A stretch of DNA of 64,000 nucleotides from positions 36,642,001 to 36,706,000 of the forward strand of contig OZ336878.1 of the NCBI GenBank assembly GCA_965287045.1, given 5' to 3'. This DNA is from Carcharhinus amblyrhynchos. Taxonomy: Eukaryota. The position numbers and the translations under genes were made by a program. This document shows, piece by piece, positions 14,444 through 27,685 of the stretch; the first letter of the stretch is position 1; every line of letters begins with the position of its first letter. The notes under the pieces were generated by a model that was not told where the DNA came from, searched no databases, and saw only the letters and a list, made by a program, of their open reading frames with translations.

Positions 14444-14740
14444 GGACAGCACGATAGCATAGTGGCTAGCACCGCTACTCACAGCGCCAGGGACCTGGAT
14501 TCAATTCCCGGCTTGGATCACTGTCTGCACATTCTCCTCCTATCTGCCTGGGCTTCCTCTGGTTCCCCCCCCCCCCCAACACCCTGAAAGACGTGCTGGT
14601 TCGGTGCATTGGCCATACTAAATTCTCCCTCAGTGAACCCGAACAGGCACCAGGATGTGGTGACTAGGGGATTTTCACAGTAACTTCATTGCAGTACAAG
14701 CAAGCCTACTTGTGATACTAATAAATAAACTTAAACTTAA
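14444..14740 (+). mobile_element. V-SINE with alternative tail
   Basis: Head, V-domain remnant, cagtaacttcattgcag...taataaataaactt tail. Confidence 0.75.
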
Positions 14741-17650
14741 AAAAAGCATTTAAAGCACATGGGATTGCAGGTAACTTCTTGGAGATGGATAGCAAGCTAT
14801 TTAGCAGATAAGAAGCAAAGAGTTGGCATAATTGATTTTTTTCTGATTGGCAGTCAGTAACTAGTGGGGTTCCATAGTGATCTGAGCTAGGACCCCAACT
14901 GTTTATATTATAAATTAATGATTTGGAAGAGGAAACTGAATGTACTATCTCCAAATTTTCAGATGATACAAAATTGAGAGGAAGTGGATACTTAGTGAGT
15001 CCTTGGTACAGTCAGTAAATGAAAGTAAGCACGCAAGTACAGCAGGCAGTAAAGAAGGCAAACAATATGTTGGCTTTCACAGCAAAAGGACTTGAGAATA
15101 GGGATAGGGATGTTTTGCTGCAATTGCGTAGGGTGTTGGTGAGGCCACACCTGGAGTATTGTGTGAAGTTTTTGTGTCCTTATCTGAGAACGGACATCCT
15201 TGCTATAGAGGGAGTACAGCAAAGGTTTACCAGGCTGATTCCTGGGAAGGCAGGTCTGTCATGAGGTGAGAGCAACTCATTTAGGAGAAATATATCAAAT
15301 TAGAACATGAAGAATATAGAGCAGTACAGGCCATTCAGCCCTCGATGTTGTGCTGAGCTATGTCTGAACCTAAGATCAAGCTCTCCCCTCCCTATCATTC
15401 TGGTGTTCCCTGTGCCTGTCCTTTTCCGCTTGAAAGTTCCTAAAGTGTCTGACTCCACTAACACTGCAGGCAGTGCATTCCACACCCCAACCACTCTCTG
15501 AATAAAGAATCTACCTCGGACATCCCTCCTATATCTCCCACCATGAACCTTACACTTATGCTACATCCACCCAAGGAAATAGTCTTTGCATATCCACTCT
15601 ATCTATCCCCCTCATCATTTTATAAACCTCTATTAAGTTGCCTCTCATCCTCCTCTGCTCTAAAGAGAAAAGCCCCAGCTCCCTCAGCCTTTCCTCATAC
15701 GACCTTCCCACCATACCAGGCAACATCCTGGTAAACCTCCTCTGCACCCTTTCCAACGCTTCCACATCTTTCTTATAATGCGGCGACCAGAATTGTACGC
15801 AATACTCCAAGTGCGGCCGCACCAGAGTTTTGTACAGCTGCAACATGATCTCACGGCTCTGAAATTCAATCCCTCTCCCAATAAAAGCTAACACATCGTA
15901 TGCCTTCTTAACAACCTTATCAACCTGGGTGCCAACTTTCAGGGATCTATGCACATGTACACCGAGATCTCTCTGTTCATCCACACTACCAAAAGTCCTT
16001 CCATTAGCCCAATACTTGTAATCCTGTTACTCCTTCCAAAGTGAATCACCTCATACTTTTCTGCATCAAACTCCATTTGCCACCTCTCAGCCCAGCTCTG
16101 CAGCTTATCTATGTCCCTCTGCAAACTGTGACATCCATCCTATCTACAACTCCTCCAACTTTAGTGTCATCTGCAAATTTACTAACACATCCTTCTACAC
16201 CCTCATCTAGGTCATTTATAAAAATGACAAACAGCAGCGGCCCCAAGGTTGAGTGGCAACCTTCAGAGATCTGTGGATACGAACCCCAAGATCGCTCTGT
16301 ACCTCCACATTCCTCAGAACCCTGCCGTTGACCCTGTAATTTGCATTCAAGTTTGTCCTACAAAAATGAATCACCTCGCAGTTATCGGGGTTAAACTCCA
16401 TCTGCCATTTTTCTGCCCAGCTCTGCATCCTATCAATGTCTCTTTGCAGCCTACAAGAGCCCTCCACCTCATCCACTACTCCACCAATCTTGATGTCATC
16501 AGCAAATTTACAAATGACCCTTCAGCCCCCTCTTCCAAGTCATTGATAAAAATCACAAATAGCAGAGGACCCGGCACTGATCCCTGTGGTACACTGCTGG
16601 TAACTGACCTCCAGTCTGAAAATTTTCCCTCCACCTCCAGCCAGTTACTTATCCAAACAGCCAAATTTCCTTCTATCCCACACCTCCTTACTTTCTTCAT
16701 GAGCCTGCCATGGGGAACCTTATCAAATGCCTTACTAAAATCCACGTGATGTGACATCAACTGCTCTACCTTCATCTACACACTTGGTTACCTCCTCAAA
16801 GAATTCAAATTTGTGAGGCAGGACTTACCCCTCACAAAACTATGCTGACTATCCCGGATTAACCTGCATCTTTCCAAATGGTCATAAATCCTATCTCTCA
16901 GGGCCCTTTCCATTAACTTACCAACCACCAAAGTAAGACTAACTGGACTATAATTACCAGGGTCATTCCTATTTCCTTTCGTGAAAAGAGGAACAACGTT
17001 TGCCACTCTCCAGTCCTCTGGCACAATCCCCTTCAAAACTCCCACCCACCTGATGAAGGAACAGCGTGTTCCGAAAGCTTGGGGTGTTTGCTACAAATAA
17101 ACAGGTTGGACTTTAAGCTGGTGTTGTAAGATTTCTTTCTGTTTTTACCCCAGTCCAACGCTGGCATCTCCACATCACAATGCCCGTAGACAGTGAGGAT
17201 GCAAAGATCAAAGCTAAAGGCTCTGCCCTTGCCTCCCAAAGGATCCTAGGATGTATCCCATCTGGCCCAGGGGACTTATCGACCCTCAGGTTTTTCAAAA
17301 TTGTGAATACATCTTCCCTCAGGACATCTACTTCTCCATTCTATCAGCCTGTATGACACTCTCATCCTCAAAAACATGGCCCCTCTCCCAATGGTAGGGG
17401 GGTCCAGAACTAGAGATCATAGAATGGAGATGAGGAAAAATTTCTTCACCCAAAGGGTATTGAATGTGTGGAATTCACTACCAGAGAGTGTGATGGAGGC
17501 CAAAACGTCTGATTGCAAGAAGGAATTAGATATAGCTCTACAGACTAAAGGGATCAAAGGATACGAGGCAGTGGAACCATGATACTGAATATGGTCAGAA
17601 TGAATGGTGGAGCAAGAGAGCCAAATGGTATACTCCTGCTTCTAGTTTCG
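14740..17650. mobile_element. CR1 nest: plus-strand CR1 (about 14740-15290, resuming about 17375) interrupted by minus-strand CR1 fragments (about 15300-17375)
   Basis: RT motifs on both strands ([33 protein letters not shown]). Confidence 0.8.
17032..17175 (+). mobile_element. 144-bp Penelope/retrozyme-like insertion carrying a minimal hammerhead ribozyme
   Basis: CTGATGA-A-GGAACA/gcg/TGTTCC-GAAA-GC-TT core at 17050-17080; downstream AATAAA; TSD cacaatcccc / cacaatgccc. Confidence 0.7.
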
Positions 17651-17667
17651 ATGACAAGATTACTTAC

Positions 17668-17732
17668 CTGTTAAATGGGACATCCTGAAGAATACGGTCA
17701 CTGCACAGAGACAACAGACAATTCTTCTGAAG
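17668..17732 (-). CDS. ZYG11B: ZYG11B exon 6, 65 nt
   Basis: LQKNCLLSLCSDRILQDVPFN(R); tcttag / gtaagt boundaries. Confidence 0.93.
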
Positions 17733-18364
17733 CTAAGACAAAAATATAATGTACTTTATATTAACATTTTAAAATACTCAAAAGAACATATGATTGGCTT
17801 TACTATAGGACTCTGTTTCTGCCTGATCCCCTTCATTAAAAATGCAATTTTCTCAGACTTAAAGTTGCTCAAGAGACCCAGATTCTGACAGCAACAAAAA
17901 GACCCAGACTTGGAGGAGGGTGCAAGAGACCAGCATTAGAGGGGGACAAAAGAGGCCCTAATCAATGGACGATATTAATTTTGCACTAAGAAGAATCTTC
18001 TTCAAAGCCAGCAAAATAACAATATTGTCTCTTTTTGGGAGGATTCATCAAATCACAAGCCAATCAGACATAAGGCCACTGGCAGGCCTTCCCTAGAATC
18101 AAGATTCTGGAGGTGGGTGTCTTGCTTTCTCGGAGCTGTTGGGTAATCAAAAGCCGGCAGCTCTTGTGCTCAGCAATGCCACGGGGATGGATGGTTGTGC
18201 CTGCAGTCAGAACATCCACTAGAATGTCAGAGCGACACAGGCCACATGTAAGCAGTGTGTCTGTGTGGACTAATAAGGCAATTATTGTTGACTGCTTGCA
18301 AAAGTGTCAGTTCTGCATACTAATTTTAACTCAACTGTGTTATATAGCATTTCCAACTCTTTAC

Positions 18365-18541
18365 CTGTTGATGGTTGGGAAAGTGTTCCATGGCTTTCAG
18401 TAAGAGACGTGTCACTTCTGTCAAAAGGCGCACAGGCATACCACCCGCCAAATCTTGTTTTGTCAAATTGAATACACACGCACTAGCAGCCAGTTGTACT
18501 GGCAGGTTTGTAGAATGATTTTTCATTCCGGTGGCCACAAG
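18365..18541 (-). CDS. ZYG11B: ZYG11B exon 5, 177 nt
   Basis: LVATGMKNHSTNLPVQLAASACVFNLTKQDLAGGMPVRLLTEVTRLLLKAMEHFPNHQQ; ttccag / gtaaaa boundaries. Confidence 0.95.
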
Positions 18542-18649
18542 CTGGAATAAAAATAAAACTGGTGTAAATTTTTTTTTAGAAGATTTTTATCCTTAATAGA
18601 TTTCTCTCTTCCTAAGACATGTGCAATTTTCTGCTTGAAACACCTGAAC

Positions 18650-18942
18650 AGAATTTCTAGAGTGCAGAAAGAGGCCATTCAGTCCATTGAGTCTACACCG
18701 ACCACAATTCCACCTAGGCCCTATTCCCGTAACTCCACATATTTACCCTGCTAATCCCCTGGCACTAAATTAGGGTCAATTTAGCATTGCCCATCAATCC
18801 AACCCGCACACCTTTGGACTGTGGGAGAAAACCCACACAGACATGGGGAGAACATGCAAACTCCACACAGACAGTGACCTGAGGCCAGAATTGAATCTGA
18901 GACCCTGGTGCTGAGGCAACAGCGCTAACCACTGTGCCATCG
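18650..18942 (-). mobile_element. HE1-type V-SINE
   Basis: Head, V-domain and CR1-like tail on the minus strand. Confidence 0.8.
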
Positions 18943-19142
18943 CAAAGGTAAAGTCAGTTGGCCCTGATGACCATAGGCTGGTGATGATTTAACCTGAGGA
19001 TCACCACACCTCAGATGAAGTGCAAGGTTGAGAAGACATGCCTTTATAAATAGCTACAGCTATTACAGGAATTAAACCCACACCATTAGTATCATTCTAT
19101 ATCACTAATCACCTGTCCAGCCAACTGAGCTAAACTGACCCC
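18943..19142 (-). mobile_element. tRNA-derived SINE of a different family (related copy at about 56045-56210)
   Basis: Minus-strand head ggtcagtttagctcagttggctgg...gggtttaattcctg with A/B-box-like motifs. Confidence 0.55.
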
Positions 19143-19154
19143 TAACTTAATGAA

Positions 19155-19227
19155 TGTTTCTGCCTGGTTTTGAACCAGGAATCCTTCACATGTTAGGCGA
19201 ATGTGATAACCACTATGCTGCAGAAAC
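19155..19227 (-). pseudogene. tRNA-Val(AAC) pseudogene
   Basis: 73-nt GTTTCTGCAGCATAGTGGTTATCACATTCGCCTAACATGTGAAGGATTCCTGGTTCAAAACCAGGCAGAAACA, colinear with vertebrate tRNA-Val-AAC; many differences are CpG-type transitions. Confidence 0.8.
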
Positions 19228-19672
19228 CAATGACTAATAATGCCTTGCCTTCCAAATGCTACATTTGGCTTCTATTGGAAGTGGTTTCATGAAGATTAAT
19301 CATTTTCACTTAGAGAATTTGCCCTAGTTACAATGTAATGCCCTTTAAAGCAACAAAAGGAAATCTACATATATAGTTAATAGAAAACTGTGGCTGTGAT
19401 ACCAAGAGGAGAAATTTCGCTTTGCTATTGGCACCACATTGGCCAGTAAATACTGATCTTGAAGCACAGGAGGATCCAGAAATTGTATCTAAAGCAACTT
19501 TCTATTTCTATTATGTCACATGCACTACATCACCATTCCCACATACACAGGAATCAATGTAACATGGTACAATCGTAGCTCTGACAATTGCAGTGTAATT
19601 AGTGGTCAGCTGCTTCGTCATTACATCTGTAGAAAAATTACAGTACCAAGAGTTGGCTTAAAAGTAATTTAC

Positions 19673-19813
19673 CTTCAATAGTTCAGGCTGTGGTTTCTCC
19701 ATGCTATGTGTGAGACTGAAAAGGTGAAACAATGCTTCTCTCACAAAAAAGGCCCTTTCGCTGTATCTACGAAGTGCTTCAGAGATCTGCACTTCATTCG
19801 CTTCTCCAGAAAC
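19673..19813 (-). CDS. ZYG11B: ZYG11B exon 4, 141 nt
   Basis: VSGEANEVQISEALRRYSERAFFVREALFHLFSLTHSMEKPQPELLK; aaaag acceptor, gtaaat donor. Confidence 0.95.
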
Positions 19814-21623
19814 CTTTTGCATACAAAAAGGAGGGAAAAAGTTATAAATTTGTTTTTGATCTTTTTGCAAGCAAATTTTCTCTCCTCTCTAATTCACAAG
19901 AGAAGGTACCATTCCCTCCACATTCACTAATTTCCAGAAGGTACTTTAATGTTAGTATAGCAGCTACAAGTACAAAACTGTAGCAACAAGCTGTTTGCTC
20001 TATGATAATGACTTAAACACAACAAAAGTTTGAGGTTTACCACTTAGAGATGAAATTTCATAAGTCACTGTGCAATCATTAAGCGTAACAAAGTAAGGAT
20101 TATAAAATTGCTGTTCCATACTTTGTTTCACCCAGACCTAAAGAAAATAGTTTCTAAGTTTTGAAACCCCGATGTTTTGGTTTGACTAATTCTGCAATGC
20201 TCTGAGCTGACAATATGTTTGGCTGCCAATCAACCTAGAAGGAATTTTTCAGTATTGTAGCTTCCGTTGTCCAAATTTTTGCCCATCTTTTACTTCAATT
20301 CCATGTGTTATGCCAGTATCTAATGAACCGCAGTTCAACATTGGAAAGGCCACCTTTGACAACATCTCACACTCAACATCTTGTCTTCAATCCTATCCTC
20401 CTTGACCCTTTCTCAGGTTAAATAGATATATTTCATTTATTGAGTCTTATTTGATCCCAAGCTGAGCTTCCAACTCCAATAGTTTTCTCAAACACGAAGA
20501 CCATCTAGTGCACAAATTAGCCATTCTTTCCGGATACCATTGGCATATTTAAGTATTTAGTAATGCCCATACGTACATTGGGTATGTTCGAATGACAAAT
20601 GAAGTCAACACATTGCTAGTAAAAACATTAAAAAATACACTTATCACTTGCATACAAATTAAATAATTTCAACAGTAAAAACAATGAGGTAACATCTTTG
20701 GGAAAAAATATACACAATAAAACCAAATGGCCAGTGAGGTAGATTAAAGAGACCAGCACACTGGGGATCTTTCATTTCTGAGGCACAAGTCTGCAGAGCC
20801 GAGGGCTTTAACAATAAAATATAGTTTTCCCTTTCAGTTACTCACAACTGTCTTCGTAAAATAAGTTCACATAATGTTTGCCATGCGCCCATTGGGCAAA
20901 AGTCACTGCATAATAAAATGTCTATAAATCAACATTGAATCTCTAATATAATCACACTCAAAGACCATTATGATGGCCAATATATACACACAAAAAGGAA
21001 AATTTTATACTTGTGCAGTAAGTGTAAAATTCACATAACATTAAGGATTATTTTATTCAGACATGAGAAATTTACTCTATCAAGTTATCTCAAAACACGG
21101 ACTCAATGAAGTCACTGTTTACAAAACAAAGTATTTGTTAACTTCTCAGCAGGAATAGCAGGAAGCAAGAGCCAGATGATATGCTATATGGCTTCAAACA
21201 AAATGCAATGAATCAGCTGAAAGAGTCACTACCAGATTTGTACCCTTTTCCTCGAAGCAAGACTACACAAATCCTTTCAGAAATATTTTTGTTCCCCCCT
21301 CACTAATTGTCGATAAAATCAGATTTAAAACTAATTGATTACAATGATACTGATTAGTTAATGCAATCCTATCAAGTTTTTTTTTAAGATCAAGAATCTG
21401 ACAAAATAACCGTTACTACAAGTATCGAGATTTATAGAAGTATTCTGTAAAAACCTTTGCCACAAACTTGTAAACCATAGATTAACCATCAGGTCTGAAC
21501 ATGGAGATAAAAGCCCTTGGCAGAAAATGGTCAGAATGGGAAATACTATACCCCTTATAAAGCTCAAAAAACATAAATGCCAAGATTGTATTCTGAAAAT
21601 TATATGAAACAAGGAAAACCAAC

Positions 21624-22381
21624 CTTCAAGCTCCCTTCTCCAGAAAGAAAATCAGAATATCCAGCATCAGTAGCAAGTAAGCCCATGAATTGCATTGTAG
21701 GCCGATGTTGGACAAATGCCTGAACAGCTTTATCTGTGATGTGCTTCCTGCCTGAAATATCCAGGGATCGGAGATTAGGTAGTATGTTGGGCAGTTCTAG
21801 TAAACGAAGTGCAATGTCAGAGGTAAACTGCTTATCATCAGAGATGTCTAGGTGTTGAAGGAGCACTAGTTCCTTAATAATTTCCAAAATCTGTGTGGTT
21901 GTCATCTTCAAGCATTTGAGGTGGTGCATAGTCAAGAATTTTAGCTTGTCCTTGCAGGTCAGAAGTGGTGTGATGTCAGTGACAGAAGTGTTTGAAATAT
22001 CTAAACTTTCTAACCTTGGAAGAGAAGCAACATCCCTAAGATCATCATTGTAGAAGAGAACATTGGTAACACTTAAAACACGCAGGCCAGTTAGCTGGCT
22101 GAAACATCGCTCATAAGGGTCTTCCAGAGACAGGGTTAGTGAATTCAACATCAGACATTGCAAGTACTGTTGATTCCATTTGTTTGTGACGAGCGCATTT
22201 ACAATATCAGTAATCGTGATGTCTGCATTAACACCAGAAGCATCTAGATCAATAAGCTTGTGGTGGCAGAATGCTTTCCTGAATGCGACTGCTGATAGTT
22301 TAGCATTTCGAATACAAGCACGTTTCAAGCGCAGCAGATCATTCCTGCGGAAAATTCCCACCGTCTTTTCGTTGAGCACGC
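21624..22381 (-). CDS. ZYG11B: ZYG11B exon 3 (leucine-rich repeats), 758 nt
   Basis: ORF 21600-22379 with RLKRACIRNAKLSAVAFRKAFCHHKL...DDKQFTSDIALRLL...GLLATDAGYS, close to ZYG11B; ccaacag acceptor and AAG|gttggt donor. Confidence 0.97.
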
Positions 22382-23789
22382 CTGTTGGAAGAATGGGAAA
22401 AGAGAGGGGGAGCTGTTAGTGAACTGAAAAGTTTGGTGAATTTTATTTGCTCACTAAATTATGGGAATGTAAGTGCGCAAGGACAGAAATGTTTATGGAA
22501 CCCAGTATTCCCTTTTGCACAGCAGGGCTCACTGAACATTGCTGGAAAACCCCTGACCTCAATATATAAGTATCTGTTTGCTATACAGTTGTAACATTTT
22601 CCATTTCTCGCAACAGCTAGCTGATGATAAAGATGGGCAATGGAAGTCCTCTAATATATATATATATATAGTTTACTACTGCAGAAACACTTTCTCAAGA
22701 GATGTATGAAGGGTACCTAATTCCACTCAAGTACACTTATTTCATAGCTTTCAACACAAAGGAGTTGCATGGCCTGGTGAGTGTTTCCAGCATCTTCATG
22801 AATGAAATTCTTTAACATCTTTTACACATACCTTGAGGCTGGGAAGGAACGCCATGCAGCTTCTTTTCTACCATGTTGACCATTTCTTACTGACAGTAAG
22901 ACATAAAGGCCATAAGACAAAGGCACTTACTCAGTAGTGTCTTTAATTAATTCTCTGTAGTAATAAGTATAGCTATGTATATCATGGGTTAAAACAGCAG
23001 CAGATAACCCATGAAAGATTTGTAACCAAAACTTGCAAGTGCAAATTAACTTTCATAAGGCGGCACTGCATTTTTCTGATCACAATGACCATTTCTCACA
23101 GTATCTAAGCCCATATAATCTATCTGCAAATTACAGCCATGTGCTACTACTTACTTTCCAGATATAGTGCTTGGAATCAGCACCAACATGAATCAAGATT
23201 ACCTCAGCAAAAATCTCCTGCTGAGATTTGGTGCTGTGCTATTAATCAATGTCAAGTACTTAAATCTATATTAGATTAATAGAATTTTGCTTATTTGCAC
23301 TGATTTTACAGATTCCATGTACACTGCTTGAGGAGAAATTTAAGTCTCATGTGCTCGCCATAGTTAGGTGGGATTGGAGGATATAGATATCTGTGAGCAA
23401 GAGCTGAATAGGAAGAATACACCGAGTGGTTCATGGCCTGATTCAGACAAGCTGCTGTTCTGAATTGCCATTCGGCTTATACCCAAATTAATTTTTCTTC
23501 TAAACTTGCTCTAGCTTTTTTTTTACCTCTTTGCAACAGTACTTAACTCCTCTCATTCCATCCAAATGCTTTTTGCCAGAGGGATTGGGGAAGAAAGAGT
23601 AAAGTAGTTAACCAATGGCATGATAGGTATGCACATATTTACAGCATTCAAAATCCAATATGTTAAGCAACTAGAAAAGCAACTCATTAGTGCAACTAAT
23701 ACTAAGGGAGATACATTTCTGTGTTATGTGGAACCTTATCCAATGCCTTCTAGAGTGCATTCTAGCATTTGCACAGCCCCCATCTTAAG

Positions 23790-25220
23790 AACATGAAATA
23801 ACAGCAAGAGGAGACTTTGACTGTTCAAGCCTGTTCTGCCATTCAATACAATAATGGATGATCTTCTGCCTCAGAACCACTTTAGAGAGCGATCAAAGAT
23901 TTGTCTATCGCAACTTGCTCAACAATGGAACATCCTGGGGTCAGGAATTTCAAAATTCTGAATGAAGAAATTTCTCTGACCTTAATCCTAAATAATTGAC
24001 TTTTATTCCCCATGTTTTAGATTCTCAAACCAGGAGAAACAACTTCTCAGAGTCTGCCCTGTCAAGCGATTTCAGAATCTCTCATTCTTCTAACTTGAGA
24101 GGCTATAGGTAGGCCAAACTAATCTAGTTAGAAGTAGTACTTCTCAGGCTAGGCAATCTTCCTTAAATATGAAGACCAGAACAGCACACAAAACTCCAGG
24201 TGTGAGCTCAACAAAGCCAAACACAGCAAAACTTCTTTATTTCTTTTTACTTTAACCCCTTTGCAATAAAGGCCTACATGTTATTAGTCTTTCTAATTGC
24301 TTGCTTTACCTGCATGCTAACTTTCTGCAGTTTCTTGTACAAATTTAGCCAAGCTCTCCAAATATTAACTCTCAGCCTTTCAAAAAATATTCTGTTTTTC
24401 TATTCTTAGGAAAGTGAATAATGTCACACCTCATCAAATTATACTCCATCTGCTATCTTGTTCATTCACTTAACTTATCTATATCTCTTTGCAGTCTTTT
24501 CATGCTTTCTTCAGTTTACTTTCCCAACTGGCTTTGTATAGCAGCAAACTTTGTCCAAGTCATTAATACAGACTGTAAATAACTTCGGCACTGCACAGTT
24601 CATATCCTGCCAAATTGAAAGTGCACTGTTTATTCCTTCTTTCTGCTACCTATCTATTAATCAATCCCCAATCCCACACCAATATATTACTCCCAACTCC
24701 ATGAGCGCTTATTTATTAACTTTTTGTGGCATCTTCTTAAATGCCTTTTGGAAATCTAAGTAAACTATATCTACAGCACTCTTATTTACATCCTCAAAAT
24801 GCTTGTGTAAAACCACAATCTGATTTTTTTTTCCCAGTGTGCTGTTAGGACTTCCTTGAGAGTACAGCATTTTTCCCCAACAACTGATGTCAGGCTAACT
24901 GGCTAGGAGTTCCCAGTTTTCTCTCCCTCCTTTCTTGAACATCAGCGCTCGAGGATGGATCCATTTGTAATCTTCGTGCAAATATTCCTTGAAACTGGAT
25001 TAACAGGAACAGAGGGACTATGAGGGATTGGAATGCCCTGCCTGCTGCAGTTGTAAATGCGCCTAGTTTGGGGGCGTTTAAGAGATCCGTGGATAGGTTT
25101 ATGGACGAAAAGGGATTGGTTTAGGTTAGAGGGTCATTGTTTTTTTAACTGGTCGGCGCAACATCGTGGGCCGAAGGGCCTGTTCTGCGCTGTAATGTTC
25201 TATGTTCTATGTTCTATGTT
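23790..25220. mobile_element. Old minus-strand CR1 fragment plus a plus-strand CR1 3' end (about 25020-25220)
   Basis: Degenerate RT sequence; (TTCTATG)n tail near 25200. Confidence 0.65.
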
Positions 25221-25947
25221 TTGCTCCCTCACAGCATTCCTGACCACCAATAAAATGTATCCTTTCACTTTCACAATGTTGATCACCACCTGGTTTATTA
25301 TTCTAAACTTTCAGAGGCATTTAGTTTTGATGATGCCACCATAAATACAAGCTCACTGTTCTAACTTTCCAGTTTTGCTTTTTCTCCTTTATGAAAAGCA
25401 CAAAAACACATGAACAATAGGAGTGTAATAGGACAAAAGAAAATAATGAACTAAAATTAAAAGCAATGAATAAAGTCCACATCTAGAAGCTAATTAATAT
25501 ACTGACCATTACAACTAGGCTCTCACCTGAGCTCCAGCTGGTATGCTTACAAAAGGAAAGATAAAAATTACTTATTCCTGAAGAAACATTTCTCAAGCCA
25601 CAGTGGCATCAATTATTACTGAATCCTAAAAAGGATCACCAACTATTTATTTTCAAAGCTCTGTGCAACCATCCTTAACTCCCCAATTCCGGAGTCCCAA
25701 CAGATCACCTTAGGAGGTATTGCAACCATGATATATCATTCCAGGCCCCCCTCCCCCGAGTTCAAAAGAGTTTATCCTGTTGATTTACACACAAACTATT
25801 CATAGCTTAAAATGAATCAACTGAAGTCAATATACTTGAAGGGTGGAAGAGATGAAATGTTTCTCAATTACTGGATATGCCTATGATATACCTAACCCAT
25901 GGCTGAGAATTTCTAATTTCCATACTTAGAGATAAATAGCATCTTAC

Positions 25948-26113
25948 CATTCAGGGACATTTTCTGCAGCAGGCGATCTGCCAGTTCCTGTGGAAACACC
26001 ACAGTTTCCTTGAGACAGAATGAGCCATCTGTCCTTTCCCAACAGAATTTATTCAAGTTCACCCTCAAGAAATCTAAGCATATATCAGTTAACGAAAGAG
26101 GAGAGAAATCTTC
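25948..26113 (-). CDS. ZYG11B: ZYG11B exon 2 (VHL-box region), 166 nt
   Basis: ccaacag|GAA...AATG|gtaag; encodes EDFSPLSLTDICLDFLRVNLNKFCWERTDGSFCLKETVVFPQELADRLLQKMSLN, homologous to the ZYG11B N-terminus. Confidence 0.93.
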
Positions 26114-27685
26114 CTGTTGGTAGAAAAAGAAAGAAAGATGAACATCGAATAAATACCTCTAAATACAGTGAATATCAGGAGTTTTGAAAAAGCTTTTGAC
26201 TTAAAATTTTTCAAATCAGTATAATATTCATTTGTAAATCTTGGAGTATATAATTTAGGATGATGAACTCTAACCCAATTCCTTCACCCCAAAAAAGGGG
26301 GTGAAATAACAATCCTAAATTATTATATGTAGTTAATAGTCCACCATAGCCCTCATTTTATATGGCAATAACACTCTTACATTGAATTGCTGCCTTAGAA
26401 TTACTCCTTTTGACAATCCACATTCCTCTAGATTACAGCGACATAATCTTTACTCGTGTTAGACATTAAAAACACTGAAGAATCTTCTAGTAGTCAGCTG
26501 CAGGTTTTTCCATTTATATTGCTGCTCTCACTATCCTGTTGTCATTAAGGCACTTTTAAGGAGATAAAGCAGACAAGCAGCTGGTTATCGCACAAATCCA
26601 TACATAAAAGCAGCAGCAATTTGAAGACGATATTGTCAACTTTTCACAATCACCATTCACCTATTAATCATGCTTGTTAAACGAATGAAAAACTTCTCCA
26701 TACATGCCAAAACAATTGTATTGTTTATGCCTTGGTTTCAGTGGCAAATATCCTACAGATACATAAAACAAGAACATAACAGAATGCTGCTTTTAAATTA
26801 AAAAAAAGTTTATTGAAAATTTACCACAACCTTAAAAGGGAATTCTTGCAATTTTCTAAAATCTTAGAATTACCAATTATAGTAAAAATTGCAGTTATTT
26901 AGAATTACATAATTACAGAACAGTATTTATCTACTGGACATAACAGGTGTAGAAATAAAAGATTTAGCGATAATGCATTTTATTCTGAATGAGTTGCGTT
27001 ACAAGCAGCTTATCCTTTCTGCAGTATAGTACTTTAACTAAAAATCTGGGAACAGGGTTAGCCTCCTCAGCCACATTGAAGAATCCTTACTGAGACAAGA
27101 GAGGCTAAACTCGAATGTATAATTCAATGTAAAATTCACATACAGAAAGCAAAATAAAAAGAAACAAAAAATGGAAAAAGAGAAAAAGTTAAAGTTTAAA
27201 AAAATCTCCAACAATTAAAATCTGAAAGAATTTGACCACATACCACATAGGCGAGGGGATAGTCGGGAAGGGGGAGTCGGGAAGGGGGAGCCGGGGGGTG
27301 GGGCGGGGGGGGGTTTATAAATCTGATACTCACCCGTGGATCCACCTCATTGTTCTCCAGAGCAGTGTACCTGGTGGCTTTGGTGAGTGTTGAATTTACT
27401 TGGAATCACTTTCTGACTGCACTTCCGGTTCGTAGGGTTTCTGTGTGTGTATTTTACTTCCATACCGGAAGTTAGGTGAGAGGATAGTCGGGAAGGGGGA
27501 GCAGGGGGTATAAAAAGAAGGTAGTGATAGACAGCAGGCAGCGGAGTGAGTGGGGAGCTGAGTGAAAGTTTTAAGGGCTTTGGCTCGCTGGGCTTAGGCG
27601 AGAGCAGGCTTAGAGAAGGTGAGTTGCAGTTTCTATCTTTCCCGGGTTGCGTTTCGGCACATACAAACCCAAGGGAGGTTGGGAC

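Noticed and set aside
19155-19227. Functional tRNA-Val gene
   Set aside because: Multiple transitions disrupt the D-, anticodon- and T-arm consensus, so it is called a pseudogene.
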